Translations under genes and position numbers: made by a program | DNA from: Myxococcota bacterium | GTDB taxonomy: Bacteria > Myxococcota_A > UBA9160 > PR03 | Direction of reading: 5' to 3' | DNA: 63,738 nt | NCBI GenBank assembly: GCA_041611735.1 | Contig: JBFIML010000024.1 | Coordinates: 1-63,738, forward strand | Shown here: positions 28,264 to 38,137 of the stretch, in pieces | Numbering within the stretch: the stretch's first letter is position 1 | Layout of the letters: every line of letters begins with the position of its first letter | The notes under the pieces: model-generated | What the model was told of the DNA's origin: nothing | Seen by the model: the letters and a program-made list of their open reading frames with translations, nothing else | The model's database searches: none

Positions 28264-29673
28264 GTGCCGCCGTACGAACGCCTCTCGGTCCTCGATCGCA
28301 CCTTCCTCGACCTGGAGGATCCCAGCCACCCCCAGCACGTGGGGGCCACCCTCCTCTTCGAGGCGGGCCCGCTGCGGCTCCCCGACGGGGGGGTCGATGC
28401 GGAGCGCATCCGCGCACACGTCGCGGCGCGGGTGCACCGCATCCCCCGCTACCGCCAACGCCTGGCGTGGATCCCCCTGGTCGCCCACCCCGTCTGGGTG
28501 GACGACCCGCGCTTCAACGTCCAGTACCACGTGCGTCACACGAGCCTTCCCCGACCCGGTGACGAGCGGCAGCTCAAGCGCCTGGCGGCGCGCATCATGT
28601 CCCAGCGGCTGGACCGCGGGAAGCCGCTCTGGGAGCTGTGGATCGTGGAGGGGCTCGAGGAGGACCGCTTCGCCGTGATCAGCAAGACCCACCACTGCGT
28701 GATCGACGGCATCGCCGGGGTGGACCTGCTCTCGGTCCTGCTGTCGGCAGGTGCCGACGAGGACCCGGGTCCGCCACCGCCGTGGATTCCCGAGCGGGCT
28801 CCCCACTCCTTCGAGCTCCTGCGCGACGAGCTCGGCCACAGGCTGGCGCTTCCATTCGTGGCGGCGCAGGGTCTCCTGCACGCCGTGCGGGAGCCGGCCC
28901 GGGTGGCGGAGCAGGTGCGGGAACGCATCGACGCGGTCTGGCAAACCCTGTCGGCCGGCCTGCAACCGGCCTCGGATACGCCCCTGAACCGCGAGGTCGG
29001 CCCCTATCGCCGCTTCGACTGGACCCGTTTCGATCTCGCTGCGGTGAAGCGCATCAAGGGCCGCCTCGGCGGCACGGTGAACGACGTGGTGCTGGCCAGC
29101 GTCGCGGGCGGACTGGGCCGCTTCCTGGAGCAGCGCGGGGTGACGCGGGCGGTCCAGCGTGGAATGGACCTGCGAGCCATGGTGCCGGTCAGCCTGCGGG
29201 CCGCCGCGGAGCGGGGCACCACCGGCAACCAGATCGCGCTCTGGCCCGCGTCCCTGCCCGTGGCCGAGACCGATCCCCGGAGGCGGCTGGCGGCCGTGCG
29301 GGAGATCACGGTGCGTCTCAAGCAGTCGAAGCACGCGCTGGGCGCCGCGGTGCTGGCCGCCGTGAGCGAGTGGACGGTTCCGACGCTGCTCTCCGTCGCG
29401 GCCCGCATGGCCTATCGGGCGCGAGCCGCGAACCTGGTGGTCACCAACGTGCCCGGTCCGCAGATCCCCCTCTACCTGTGCGGATCCCGCATGCTCGACG
29501 CCTATCCGATGCAGAACCTGCTCACGAACCAGAGCCTGGGCGTCGCGCTGTTCAGCTATGCGGGCGGCCTGCACTGGGGATTCATGGCCGACTGGGAGGG
29601 GCTCCCGGACCTGCACGACTTCGTCGCGGCCGTGGAGGACAGCTTCGCCGAACTCGGGGACGTCGTCGGATGA
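28264..29673 (+). CDS. Wax ester synthase/diacylglycerol acyltransferase
   Basis: LDRGKPLWE, HHCVIDG catalytic motif, TVNDV, TNVPGP. Confidence 0.95.
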   Translation: MPPYERLSVLDRTFLDLEDPSHPQHVGATLLFEAGPLRLPDGGVDAERIRAHVAARVHRIPRYRQRLAWIPLVAHPVWVDDPRFNVQYHVRHTSLPRPGDERQLKRLAARIMSQRLDRGKPLWELWIVEGLEEDRFAVISKTHHCVIDGIAGVDLLSVLLSAGADEDPGPPPPWIPERAPHSFELLRDELGHRLALPFVAAQGLLHAVREPARVAEQVRERIDAVWQTLSAGLQPASDTPLNREVGPYRRFDWTRFDLAAVKRIKGRLGGTVNDVVLASVAGGLGRFLEQRGVTRAVQRGMDLRAMVPVSLRAAAERGTTGNQIALWPASLPVAETDPRRRLAAVREITVRLKQSKHALGAAVLAAVSEWTVPTLLSVAARMAYRARAANLVVTNVPGPQIPLYLCGSRMLDAYPMQNLLTNQSLGVALFSYAGGLHWGFMADWEGLPDLHDFVAAVEDSFAELGDVVG

Positions 29674-29744
29674 TTGACTTCTTCCGTCTTCCCGTGGGGC
29701 CACGCTCCGAAAGAGTCAATGGGTCGACAACGTCCCCGGCCGGC

Positions 29745-30194
29745 TCACTTGGCGGGGATGCGCAGGACCTGGCCCGGGTAGATCTTGTCCGGGTCCTTCA
29801 GCATGGGCCGATTCGCCTCGAAGATCACCGGGTACTTCATGGGATCGCCGTAGTGGGCCTTGGCGATCTTGGAGAGCGAGTCGCCCTTCTCGACCGTGTA
29901 GTACGTGGCTTCGGGCTCCCGCCTGGTCACCTGGAGCTGGTCGTCGACGCGGGCCACCCCCTGGGTGTTGCCCACCACCAGCGTGATCTTCTCGCGATCC
30001 GCCTGGGTGCGGGCCTTGCCACGCACGGTGGCCACGTCGTCCTTCACCTGAATCTGGAGCTCCTCCACCTGGAGGCCCAGGTCGTGCACGCTCTTGGTGA
30101 GCTTCTCGCCGAGCTCGGCGTCGGCCTGGGGGCCGCGCTGGGTGGCCTTGAGCAGCCGCTCGCCGGCGTCCTTGACGAAGTCGATCAATCCCAT
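29745..30194 (-). CDS. BON plus LysM protein (YgaU/Kbp family)
   Basis: MGLIDFVKDAGE, VGNTQGV, YTVEKGDSLSKIAK..YG, IFEAN, IYPGQVLRIP. Confidence 0.95.
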   Translation of the reverse strand: MGLIDFVKDAGERLLKATQRGPQADAELGEKLTKSVHDLGLQVEELQIQVKDDVATVRGKARTQADREKITLVVGNTQGVARVDDQLQVTRREPEATYYTVEKGDSLSKIAKAHYGDPMKYPVIFEANRPMLKDPDKIYPGQVLRIPAK

Positions 30195-30240
30195 GGCTGG
30201 TCCTTCTCGGGTTGGAGGGTTGCGGAGAAGGGAGCGCGCC

Positions 30241-30837
30241 CTAGGGACGCCTCCCGAACAGGCGACGCAGCAGCCCGAAGCCGAAGCGTGCCACGTCGTC
30301 GCGGGTGTCACCGTCGCGATCGGCGTCCAGGAGCTGGGCCAGCAGACCGTAGCCGCCCGGGGCGGCGCGCTCGGCGCGCCGGCGCTCCTCGTCGAGCACC
30401 CGGGCCAGGCTGGTGTCGTCCAGGCGTTGCGCGCGGCGGGTCCGCCCGAGCGCTCCCATCACGAGGGGTGCCAGGGCCGCGAGCAACCGGCTTGCGGTGG
30501 TCGCATCCAGTCCGCTGCCCCGGCCGAGTCGCTCGGCGACCTCGGCCTGGCGGGCCCCGAACACGTGGCGCAGGATGCCTTCTCCGCCCCGGGCCTCGCC
30601 GGCCAGGGCCGGGAGGTCCCCCAGGACGCTGCCATCGTGGTCCCGGTCCAGTGCCGCGGACAGCCGACGCGCCCCGTCGCGATGGGAGGCATTGCGCGCC
30701 AGGGCGCCGATCAGCAGCGGGAGGGCGGAGGAGAGGGCGTCGCGGGTGGCGGTCTCCTCGGCGCCGAGTCGCATGCTGAGGTGGCGTACGCCCTCGCCGC
30801 GCTGGAGCTCTCCCAGGATGCCGAAAACCGAGTCCAT
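30241..30837 (-). CDS. DUF937-like protein
   Basis: ALPLLIGALARNA, DHDGSVL, ILRHVFG, LLDADRDGD. Confidence 0.85.
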   Translation of the reverse strand: MDSVFGILGELQRGEGVRHLSMRLGAEETATRDALSSALPLLIGALARNASHRDGARRLSAALDRDHDGSVLGDLPALAGEARGGEGILRHVFGARQAEVAERLGRGSGLDATTASRLLAALAPLVMGALGRTRRAQRLDDTSLARVLDEERRRAERAAPGGYGLLAQLLDADRDGDTRDDVARFGFGLLRRLFGRRP

Positions 30838-30980
30838 GGCGACGCCCCTCCCCTGGCCAGGACGTGGTTCGACGCCGGAGAGCGACGGGATATTCGATGG
30901 ACGCTCGCGACCGGGAGCTCCGGCCCCCCCGAGCGGGCCGCGACGCCGGGTGAAACGGCGTTTGGATCCCCCGAGGCGGC

Positions 30981-32369
30981 CTATCCGGTCTGCCCGCGCG
31001 GGTCGAGCAGCTCCTCGAGCTCGTCCGGCGGCAGCACCTTCTTCTCCAGGCACAGCTCGCGCACCGTGCGACCGCTCTCGAAGGACTCCTTCGCCAGGGC
31101 AGCGGCCGCGTCGTAGCCGATGCGCGGGGCGAGCACCGTCACCATGGCGAGGCTGCCTTCCACCAGGGCCTCCGCCCGCTCCCGGTTGGCCTGGATGCCG
31201 TCCAGGCACTTCTCCACGAACACGTCCGCGACCTTCGCCAGGAGCCGCACCGACTCGAGCAGGTTGCGGGCGATCACCGGGATGAAGACGTTCAGCTCCA
31301 GGTGTCCGTTCATACCGCCCACGGCTACGGCGGCGTCGTTGCCGATCACCTGCGCGGCCACCTGAGTCACCGACTCGCAGATCACCGGGTTCACCTTGCC
31401 GGGCATGATCGAGGACCCCGGCTGGACGGCCGGAAGCCGCAGCTCTCCGATGCCGCAGCGCGGCCCCGAGCCCAGCAGACGCACGTCGTTGGCGATCTTG
31501 AACAGGGAGACGGCGATCGTCTTGAGGGCGCCGCTGGCTGCCACGGCGGCGTCCCGGCCGCCCTGGGCCTCGAAGTGATCGCGCGCCTCCCGGAACTCGA
31601 GCCCCGTAGCCCCGGAGATGCGGCGGATCGCCTGCTCCGGAAAGCCGGGCGGACAATTGAGGCCGGTGCCCACCGCCGTCCCGCCCAGGGCGAGCTCCGC
31701 CAGCTCCGCGCTGGCGCCCTCCGCGCGCGCCATGCCGAGCTCCACCTGTCGCGCCCAGCCGCTGAACTCCTGGCCGAGACGGACGGGGGTGGCGTCCATC
31801 AGGTGGGTGCGGCCGATCTTCACCACGGCGTCGAACTCGCGCGCCTTGCGGGCGAGGGAGGCATGCAGGCGCCGCAGCGCGGGCAACAGGTCTTCCTGGA
31901 GGGCGGTGCGCGCGGACACGTGAAGCGCGGTCGGGATCACGTCGTTCGACGACTGGCCGGCGTTCACGTGGTCGTTGGGATGGACGCGCGGCCCACCCGG
32001 GCCGAGAATCTGCATGGCACGATTGGCGATCACCTCGTTCGCGTTCATGTTGGTCGAGGTGCCGGACCCGGTCTGGAAGATGTCCAGCACGAAGTGTGCG
32101 TCGAGCTTGCCCTCCGCCACCTCGTTCGCCGCCCGTTCGATCGCCTCGGCCAGCTTGGGGTCGAGCTGCCCGAGCTCCGCGTTGGCCGCGGCGGCCGCCG
32201 CCTTGATGATGCCGAGCGCCCGTACGAAGCGACGCGGGAAGCGTTCGCCGCTGATCGGGAAGTTCAGCGCCGCGCGCTGGGTGGAGGCCCCCCACAGTGC
32301 ATCCGCCGGCACCTCCATCTCCCCCATGGAGTCACGCTCGATGCGGGTCCTGGCCTTCGCAGCGCTCAT
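30981..32369 (-). CDS. fumC: Class II fumarate hydratase
   Basis: QTGSGTSTNMNANEV, HPNDHVN, KIGRTHLMDA, GSSIMPGKVNP. Confidence 0.97.
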   Translation of the reverse strand: MSAAKARTRIERDSMGEMEVPADALWGASTQRAALNFPISGERFPRRFVRALGIIKAAAAAANAELGQLDPKLAEAIERAANEVAEGKLDAHFVLDIFQTGSGTSTNMNANEVIANRAMQILGPGGPRVHPNDHVNAGQSSNDVIPTALHVSARTALQEDLLPALRRLHASLARKAREFDAVVKIGRTHLMDATPVRLGQEFSGWARQVELGMARAEGASAELAELALGGTAVGTGLNCPPGFPEQAIRRISGATGLEFREARDHFEAQGGRDAAVAASGALKTIAVSLFKIANDVRLLGSGPRCGIGELRLPAVQPGSSIMPGKVNPVICESVTQVAAQVIGNDAAVAVGGMNGHLELNVFIPVIARNLLESVRLLAKVADVFVEKCLDGIQANRERAEALVEGSLAMVTVLAPRIGYDAAAALAKESFESGRTVRELCLEKKVLPPDELEELLDPRGQTG

Positions 32370-32396
32370 GCCGCTCCCCGGGTGGTCGGGTGGAAG

Positions 32397-32735
32397 TCAC
32401 TGGATCGGGGTGCGTCCGTCGAAGCCTTCCTCGTAACCATGGAACCAGCCGAGGCTCTCCTCGGGCCACTTCCAGCAATAATACCCGCTGCCGTTGTCGA
32501 AATCGACGAGCCACAGCCCCTTCACCTCGGCCCCGAGGGCCTCCATCTCCCGCGCCCAGCGTTCGATCGCCCTGCGCAGACCCGCCTCGGCGACGGCGCG
32601 CTCGCGGGAGCCCGCCTGGGCCCCGTCCCGCTGGGCGAGCAGGCCGTCCGCCTGCGCCACCGCGCGCTCGGTGCGTGCGCGCACGTCCTGGAGGACCGCG
32701 CGCACCCCCTCCAGGGTCCAGCGTCGCCCCGCCAA
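32397..32735 (-). CDS. DUF2203-like protein
   Basis: GAEVKG..LVDF, CWKWPE, WFHG.EEGF.GR.P. Confidence 0.85.
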   Translation of the reverse strand: MAGRRWTLEGVRAVLQDVRARTERAVAQADGLLAQRDGAQAGSRERAVAEAGLRRAIERWAREMEALGAEVKGLWLVDFDNGSGYYCWKWPEESLGWFHGYEEGFDGRTPIQ

Positions 32736-32743
32736 GCGCGCCC

Positions 32744-33703
32744 CTAGTTCTCGTCGCCCGCCAGGCGGATCAGGGACCGCACCACGAGGCTGCGCCGCGC
32801 GCCCCCCACCAGCAGCTTCAGGTCCTCGTACAGGGTGGGGTCGCTCACGAGCAGCCCGAGCGTCCCCTCGCCCCGGTCGACCTTGGCCAGGATGCTGTTC
32901 AGGCGCGCCCCGGCCTCCAGGGCCTGCATCACCAGGTCCTGCTCCGTGGGGGATTCGTAGATCAGCGTGTGGAGCACGCCGTCGCCGTGGCGGATCTCCC
33001 AGAGGATGTTCTCGAACGTGGCCAGGGACTGCTCGATGCTCTCCACCCCGCTGCCCTCGTAGCGGTCGTAGATCAGGCTGTGCAGCAGGCCATCGCCTTC
33101 GGTGACCTCCTTGGCGATCGCCGTCATCTGTTCCGCGATCTGCGAGAAGGCCTCTACGGACTCGGCGACCCGACCCCCCCCCATGCGACCCTGGAAGTCC
33201 GTCACCACCTGGTTCACGTTGTTGGCCAGGTCGGCGATGCCGCTGAGCGCCTGGTTGCCCTGCGCCATCACCTGCGCGATGTCGAGCGGCGTGACCGAGG
33301 CGAGCTCGGCCCCTTCCTGCAGCACCGTGCCCGCCTGGCTTCCCATGGTGATCTCCACGTAGCGATCTCCCAGCAGACCGATCGTCCCGATGCTCGCCAC
33401 CGAGTCGCTGCGGATGCGGTCCCGGACCGCCGACTCCACCAGGAGCGCCACCTGCACCGGCGGCTTCTCGCCACCCAGGGGTCCGAAGCTCACCGATTCG
33501 ACCGTTCCCACGTCGGTGCCCGCCAGGCGCACGGGCGCCCCGTTGATGAGTCCCTGCACGTTCTCGAAGTAGGTCACCAGGCGGTAGCGCGGCACCCAGA
33601 AGCCACGCTCCTCGGTGAGCGACAGGATCGCTGCCGCGAACACCCCGAGAGTGACCAGGACGAAGACCCCCACCACCAGACTGAGCCTGCGATCACCCTC
33701 CAT
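32744..33703 (-). CDS. MlaD/MCE-domain protein with a long helical extension
   Basis: TM, GL.NGAPVRLAG.DVG.V, GLLGDRYVEI; three G[DE]G.L..L[IV] repeats. Confidence 0.92.
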   Translation of the reverse strand: MEGDRRLSLVVGVFVLVTLGVFAAAILSLTEERGFWVPRYRLVTYFENVQGLINGAPVRLAGTDVGTVESVSFGPLGGEKPPVQVALLVESAVRDRIRSDSVASIGTIGLLGDRYVEITMGSQAGTVLQEGAELASVTPLDIAQVMAQGNQALSGIADLANNVNQVVTDFQGRMGGGRVAESVEAFSQIAEQMTAIAKEVTEGDGLLHSLIYDRYEGSGVESIEQSLATFENILWEIRHGDGVLHTLIYESPTEQDLVMQALEAGARLNSILAKVDRGEGTLGLLVSDPTLYEDLKLLVGGARRSLVVRSLIRLAGDEN

Positions 33704-34499
33704 GGGCCCTTCCCTCCGCGGCGCCAGACCGCGCCGGCTCCTCCTCCTGCGCCCCCTCCAGGAAGGCACGCACCGCTGGATGCGTCGAGGCGCGCATCTC
33801 GGCGGGGGTTCCCTGGACCAGGATACGCCCGTCCTTCAGCAGCCCCACCCGATCCGAGATCTCGAAGCAGAGCTCCAGGTCATGGGTGACCACGACCGAG
33901 GTGACGCGCAGTCGCTCCTTGAGTTCGACGATCAGCTTGCCGATGCGCCGCGAATTGGCCGGGTCGAGCCCGGTGGTGGGCTCGTCGTACAGAATCACCT
34001 CGGGCTCGAGGGCGATGGCGCGCGCCACTCCCACCCGCTTGCGCATCCCTCCCGACAGCTCCGCCGGCACCAACGCCTCGATGCCCGGCAGCCCGACCGC
34101 TGCCAGGCAGCGTGCCACCCGCCCCGCGAGCTGCGACTCGTCCAGGCGCAGGTGCTCGCGGAGAGGATAGGCCACGTTCTCGTAGACCGTCAGGGAATCG
34201 AACAGGGCGGCGCCCTGGAACACCATGGCGCAGCGCTTGCGGACCCCGACGAGCTCCCGCTCCGAGAGCCGTGCCACCTCGTGGCCGAGCACGGCGACAC
34301 GGCCGGAGTCCGGCCGCAGCAGCCCGATCACGTGCTTCAGGCAGACGGATTTTCCGCTCCCCGAGCCGCCCAGGATCGTGAAGGCCTCGCCGCGCCGGAT
34401 CTCGAGGTCGACGCCGCGCAGCACCTCCTTGCCGCGAAAGGCCTTGCGCACCCCCCGCAGCCCGATCACCACCTCGGGTGCCCGAACTGACGCGTTCAT
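33693..34499 (-). CDS. MlaF-type ABC transporter ATPase
   Basis: GGSGSGKS, FQGAALFDS, LSGGMRKR, YDEPTTGLDP, VTHD. Confidence 0.95.
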   Translation of the reverse strand: MNASVRAPEVVIGLRGVRKAFRGKEVLRGVDLEIRRGEAFTILGGSGSGKSVCLKHVIGLLRPDSGRVAVLGHEVARLSERELVGVRKRCAMVFQGAALFDSLTVYENVAYPLREHLRLDESQLAGRVARCLAAVGLPGIEALVPAELSGGMRKRVGVARAIALEPEVILYDEPTTGLDPANSRRIGKLIVELKERLRVTSVVVTHDLELCFEISDRVGLLKDGRILVQGTPAEMRASTHPAVRAFLEGAQEEEPARSGAAEGRAHGG

Positions 34500-35293
34500 A
34501 GCATCATCAGGACCTTGGTGAGGAAGAAGTCGGATATCAAGATCGAGATCGAGGCCACCACCACGGCCCGGGTGGTGGCCTGCCCCACGCCCACCGTCCC
34601 GCCGCTCGTCCGCAGGCCGGCGAAACAACCCACCATGGCGATGATCCAGCCGAAGAAGAACGTCTTGGCCACCCCCGACAGGAAGTCCCGCAACACCACC
34701 GTGTTGAGGATTGTCTGCATGTAGAAGTTCGGGGTGATCCCATACTGCAGGTCGGCGATCACGAGGCCGCCGAAGATCCCGAGCACATCGGCCAGCACCG
34801 TGAGCAGGGGCAGTACGAGGGTGGCGGCGATCACCCGGGGCAGCACCAGCTTCTGGATCGGGTCGGCGCCGAGGGACCGGATCGCATCGACCTGCTCGGT
34901 CACCTGCATGGACCCGATCTCGGCGGTGATGCCGGCTCCCACGCGCCCGCCCACCATGAGCGCCGCCAGCACGGGACCCAGCTCCCGCAGCAGGGCGAGA
35001 CCCACGATGCTGCCCACGTAGGGCTTGGCGCCGAAGCGGGCCAGCGCGAAGGCGGTCTGGAGCGAGAGCACCATGCCCGTGAACAGGGCCGTCACCGCCA
35101 CGATCGTGATGGAGCGGACACCGATCGCCTCCATCTGCCGCAGGGTCTCGCGCACCGGTGGCCGGCGGCGCAGGAGCGCGCGTGCCGAGGCGAGCGTCAG
35201 GCGACCGAAGTCGCCCCAGGCCTCCACCACGCCGAGGGCTCGATCCCCCAGACGACCGAGACTGCGCTGGAGCGCCAGGACGCCGCTCACCAT
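34496..35293 (-). CDS. MlaE-type ABC permease
   Basis: RELGPVL, GRVGA.ITAEIGSM.VTEQVDA, GVGQATTRAVV. Confidence 0.95.
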   Translation of the reverse strand: MVSGVLALQRSLGRLGDRALGVVEAWGDFGRLTLASARALLRRRPPVRETLRQMEAIGVRSITIVAVTALFTGMVLSLQTAFALARFGAKPYVGSIVGLALLRELGPVLAALMVGGRVGAGITAEIGSMQVTEQVDAIRSLGADPIQKLVLPRVIAATLVLPLLTVLADVLGIFGGLVIADLQYGITPNFYMQTILNTVVLRDFLSGVAKTFFFGWIIAMVGCFAGLRTSGGTVGVGQATTRAVVVASISILISDFFLTKVLMML

Positions 35294-35847
35294 GCTCGCT
35301 CCGCACGGGCGGAGGGGGCGGGCGGCTGGAAGCTCCGCCACCAGGCGTCGAACCCGGGCTCCGACTCCTCGAAGCCCTCGCGCGCCGCCAGCACCCAGTC
35401 GTAGCTGCACTCCCCGGCCACCCGGGTCACGGTCTTGACCCGCACGGTGCCCTGCTTGGCGCGTGCGTCGAAGATCTGCACCCAGCCCTCGCCGACTTCC
35501 GACTCCAGGCGACCGCTCGCCCGCAGCCGATGGTCGGGGATCCCGATGAGCAGGTGACGGGCCAGGACCCAGGCCGGCGCCAGGGCCCGCCCGCAGCGGG
35601 CCGTCAGGCTGATGCGTTCGCCGCGTCCGCCCTGGAAGGCCAGGTCGGCGCCCGCCACGGCGGCGGGCTTCCAGTAGCCGTCGGGGCCCGTCGGCGCGGC
35701 GATCTCCCAGCCGAGCTGCCGATGCCGGTAGAGCCCGTTGGCGCGCACCACGTCACCGGCACACGCGGCGCCGACGGCGAGGCCGAGCAGACCGAGGAGC
35801 GGCGCTGCCACCCTTCGCCGTGACCGCCGTCGCGCTCGGTCGCCCAT
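35287..35847 (-). CDS. Hypothetical lipoprotein at the head of the mla operon
   Basis: Basic N-terminus, hydrophobic stretch, GAAC lipobox-like site; overlaps the permease start. Confidence 0.75.
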   Translation of the reverse strand: MGDRARRRSRRRVAAPLLGLLGLAVGAACAGDVVRANGLYRHRQLGWEIAAPTGPDGYWKPAAVAGADLAFQGGRGERISLTARCGRALAPAWVLARHLLIGIPDHRLRASGRLESEVGEGWVQIFDARAKQGTVRVKTVTRVAGECSYDWVLAAREGFEESEPGFDAWWRSFQPPAPSARAERAW

Positions 35848-35903
35848 GGCGGCCCGAGGCTACCGGATTGGACAGGCGACGCGCAGAGCGGTACCCCGGC
35901 GCC

Positions 35904-36515
35904 ATGGTCCAGCGCGAGGTCCATCCGCGGCTCGTCCTGGCCAGCGGCTCGCCGCGTCGGCGGGATCTCCTGGCCCAGGCCGGCGTGCCCTTCGAGGTGC
36001 GGCCGGCGTCCATCGACGAGCAGCCGCGTGCCGGCGAGGCCCCGGAGGCGCTGGCCATGCGTCTGGCCCGGGAGAAGGCGCTCGCCGTAGCGCGCTCGCT
36101 CGGTCCGCGCCCCCTGCGCCTCGTGCTCGGCGCCGACACGATCGTGGTGATCGAGGGCCGGGTGCTCGGCAAGCCCGCCGACGAGGCAGAAGCGCTCCGG
36201 CTCTTGCGGCAGCTGATGGGCCGCACGCACCGGGTGCTGACGGGCATTGCGGTGGTGGAGAGCGCCGGGCTGGACGGCGCGGTGCGGAGGGTCGAGAGCC
36301 ACGTGACCATGCGTGCCGCGGGGGAGGACGAGCTGCGCGCGTACGTCGCCCGGGGCGAATCCCTGGACAAGGCCGGCGCCTACGCTGCCCAGGGCGAGGG
36401 GCGAGGCCTGATCGAGCGCATCGAGGGCAGCGAGACCAACGTGATCGGGCTGCCCCTGGAGGAGACCCTGGCCCTGCTCGAGGCCGCGGGATTTCCCGGG
36501 GCGCGGGCGGCGTGA
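35904..36515 (+). CDS. maf: Maf family nucleotide pyrophosphatase
   Basis: LVLASGSPRR, LGADTIV, GKP, DKAGAY, NVIGLP. Confidence 0.95.
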   Translation: MVQREVHPRLVLASGSPRRRDLLAQAGVPFEVRPASIDEQPRAGEAPEALAMRLAREKALAVARSLGPRPLRLVLGADTIVVIEGRVLGKPADEAEALRLLRQLMGRTHRVLTGIAVVESAGLDGAVRRVESHVTMRAAGEDELRAYVARGESLDKAGAYAAQGEGRGLIERIEGSETNVIGLPLEETLALLEAAGFPGARAA

Positions 36516-37231
36516 GCCAGGAGCGGGACGTGGCCGCGGCGCTGGCCCGGGTGCGCGAGCGGGTGGAAGGCGCCGCCAAGCGCGCCGGACGCGAGCCCTT
36601 CGAGATCGTCGTGGTGGGCGTCGCCAAGCGCCAGCCGGCAGAGCGGGTGGCGGCGGCGGTGCGGGCGGGGCTCCGGGACGTGGGGGAGAGCTACGTCCAG
36701 GAGGCCGGCAGCAAGATCCCGCAGGTGGAAGCCCGGCTCGAGGGGCGGCCCGGGCCGCGCTGGCATCTGGTGGGACGCCTGCAGCGCAACAAGGCCCGCG
36801 AGGCGGTGCGCCGCTTCCAGCTCGTGCACTCGGTGGATCGCCTCGCCCTCGCGCGGGAGCTGGCCCGGCACGTGACGCCCGCGGGTCGTCTGGAGGTGCT
36901 CCTGCAGGTGGACCTGAGCGGCGAGCCCCAGAAGGGGGGCGTGGACCCGGACGCGCTGCCGGAGCTGCTGGCCGGGTGCGCCGCCCTGCCCGAGCTGCGT
37001 GTCTCGGGTCTCATGACGATTCCCGCTGCGGCCCCGGATCCGGAGTCGAGCCGCAGCGCCTTCGCACGCCTGCGCGCGCTGCGGGACCGGCTCGCGGCGA
37101 GCCCGGAGGGCCGCACCCTGCGCGAACTCTCCATGGGCATGTCCCAGGACTACGAGGTGGCCATCGAGGAGGGCGCGACGATGGTGCGCATCGGGACTGC
37201 GATCTTCGGCCCCCGGGAGACCGGCTCATGA
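36512..37231 (+). CDS. yggS: YggS/PLP homeostasis protein
   Basis: GESYVQE, WHLVG.LQRNK, GLMTI, LSMGMS.DY..AIEEGATMVRIG. Confidence 0.96.
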   Translation: MSQERDVAAALARVRERVEGAAKRAGREPFEIVVVGVAKRQPAERVAAAVRAGLRDVGESYVQEAGSKIPQVEARLEGRPGPRWHLVGRLQRNKAREAVRRFQLVHSVDRLALARELARHVTPAGRLEVLLQVDLSGEPQKGGVDPDALPELLAGCAALPELRVSGLMTIPAAAPDPESSRSAFARLRALRDRLAASPEGRTLRELSMGMSQDYEVAIEEGATMVRIGTAIFGPRETGS

Positions 37232-38055
37232 GCGAGTGGAAGCAACGACGCATCGGTCTGCTCGGTGCCGGGGCCATGGGAGAGGCCCTGGTGGGAGGGC
37301 TGCGAGCAGCGGGGCTCGAGCCGGCCCGGCTGCGCGCGGCGGATCCGGACCCCGTCCGGCGCGAGGCGCTGACCCGCGCCCATGGGGTGCAGGTCGGCAC
37401 CTCGAACGCCGAGGTCGTGCGCGAGAGCGACGTCGTGGTGCTCGCCGTCAAGCCGGGCGTCGTGGGTCCGGTGCTGGCCGCCCTGGGCAAGGAGGCGCTG
37501 GAGCTCACGCGTCCGCTCTGGATCTCCATCGCCGCGGGCGTGCCGCTCGGCCGGCTGGAGGCGGAGCTCCCGCTGGGAGCCCGCATCGTACGGGCCATGC
37601 CGAACACGCCCGCCCTGGTGCGGGCCGGGGCCACCGCCCTGGTGGCGAACGAGCACGTGGGGGAGGCGGACCGGAGCCTGGCCCGGGCTCTCTTCGAGAC
37701 GGTGGGCATCGTGTGGGAGGCGCCCGAGGAGCGCATGCTCGACGCCGTCACTGGCCTGTCCGGGAGCGGCCCGGCCTACGTCTTCGTGTTCCTGGAGGCC
37801 CTCGGCGACGCGGGCGTGCGCGCCGGGCTGCCGCGGGAAGCCGCCGACCGGCTGGCCTTCCAGACCGTGCTCGGAGCCGCGAAGCTGGCGGTGGAGAGCG
37901 GCCGCCACCCGGCGGAGCTCAAGGATCGTGTGACGTCGCCCGGCGGCACCACCATCGCGGGGCTGGAGCGCCTCGAGGCGGCCGGCTTCCGGGCTGCGGT
38001 GCTGGCGGCGGTGGAGGCCGCCACGCGCCGTTCCCGAGAGCTGGCAGGGGGATAG
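37228..38055 (+). CDS. proC: Pyrroline-5-carboxylate reductase
   Basis: GAGAMG, LAVKP, RAMPNTP, SGSGPAY, VTSPGGTT. Confidence 0.97.
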   Translation: MSEWKQRRIGLLGAGAMGEALVGGLRAAGLEPARLRAADPDPVRREALTRAHGVQVGTSNAEVVRESDVVVLAVKPGVVGPVLAALGKEALELTRPLWISIAAGVPLGRLEAELPLGARIVRAMPNTPALVRAGATALVANEHVGEADRSLARALFETVGIVWEAPEERMLDAVTGLSGSGPAYVFVFLEALGDAGVRAGLPREAADRLAFQTVLGAAKLAVESGRHPAELKDRVTSPGGTTIAGLERLEAAGFRAAVLAAVEAATRRSRELAGG

Positions 38056-38137
38056 GCCCCGGGGTCCAGAAGCCCGCTCAAGAACCCGTGGGGTTGGGTC
38101 GATCTCCTGCCGGGGAACGAGCTTCCCGGGGGACCCC

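Noticed and set aside
38056-38137. Missing yggT between proC and divIVA
   Set aside because: Ordinary variation of this conserved cluster; no pseudogene remnant is recognisable in 82 bp
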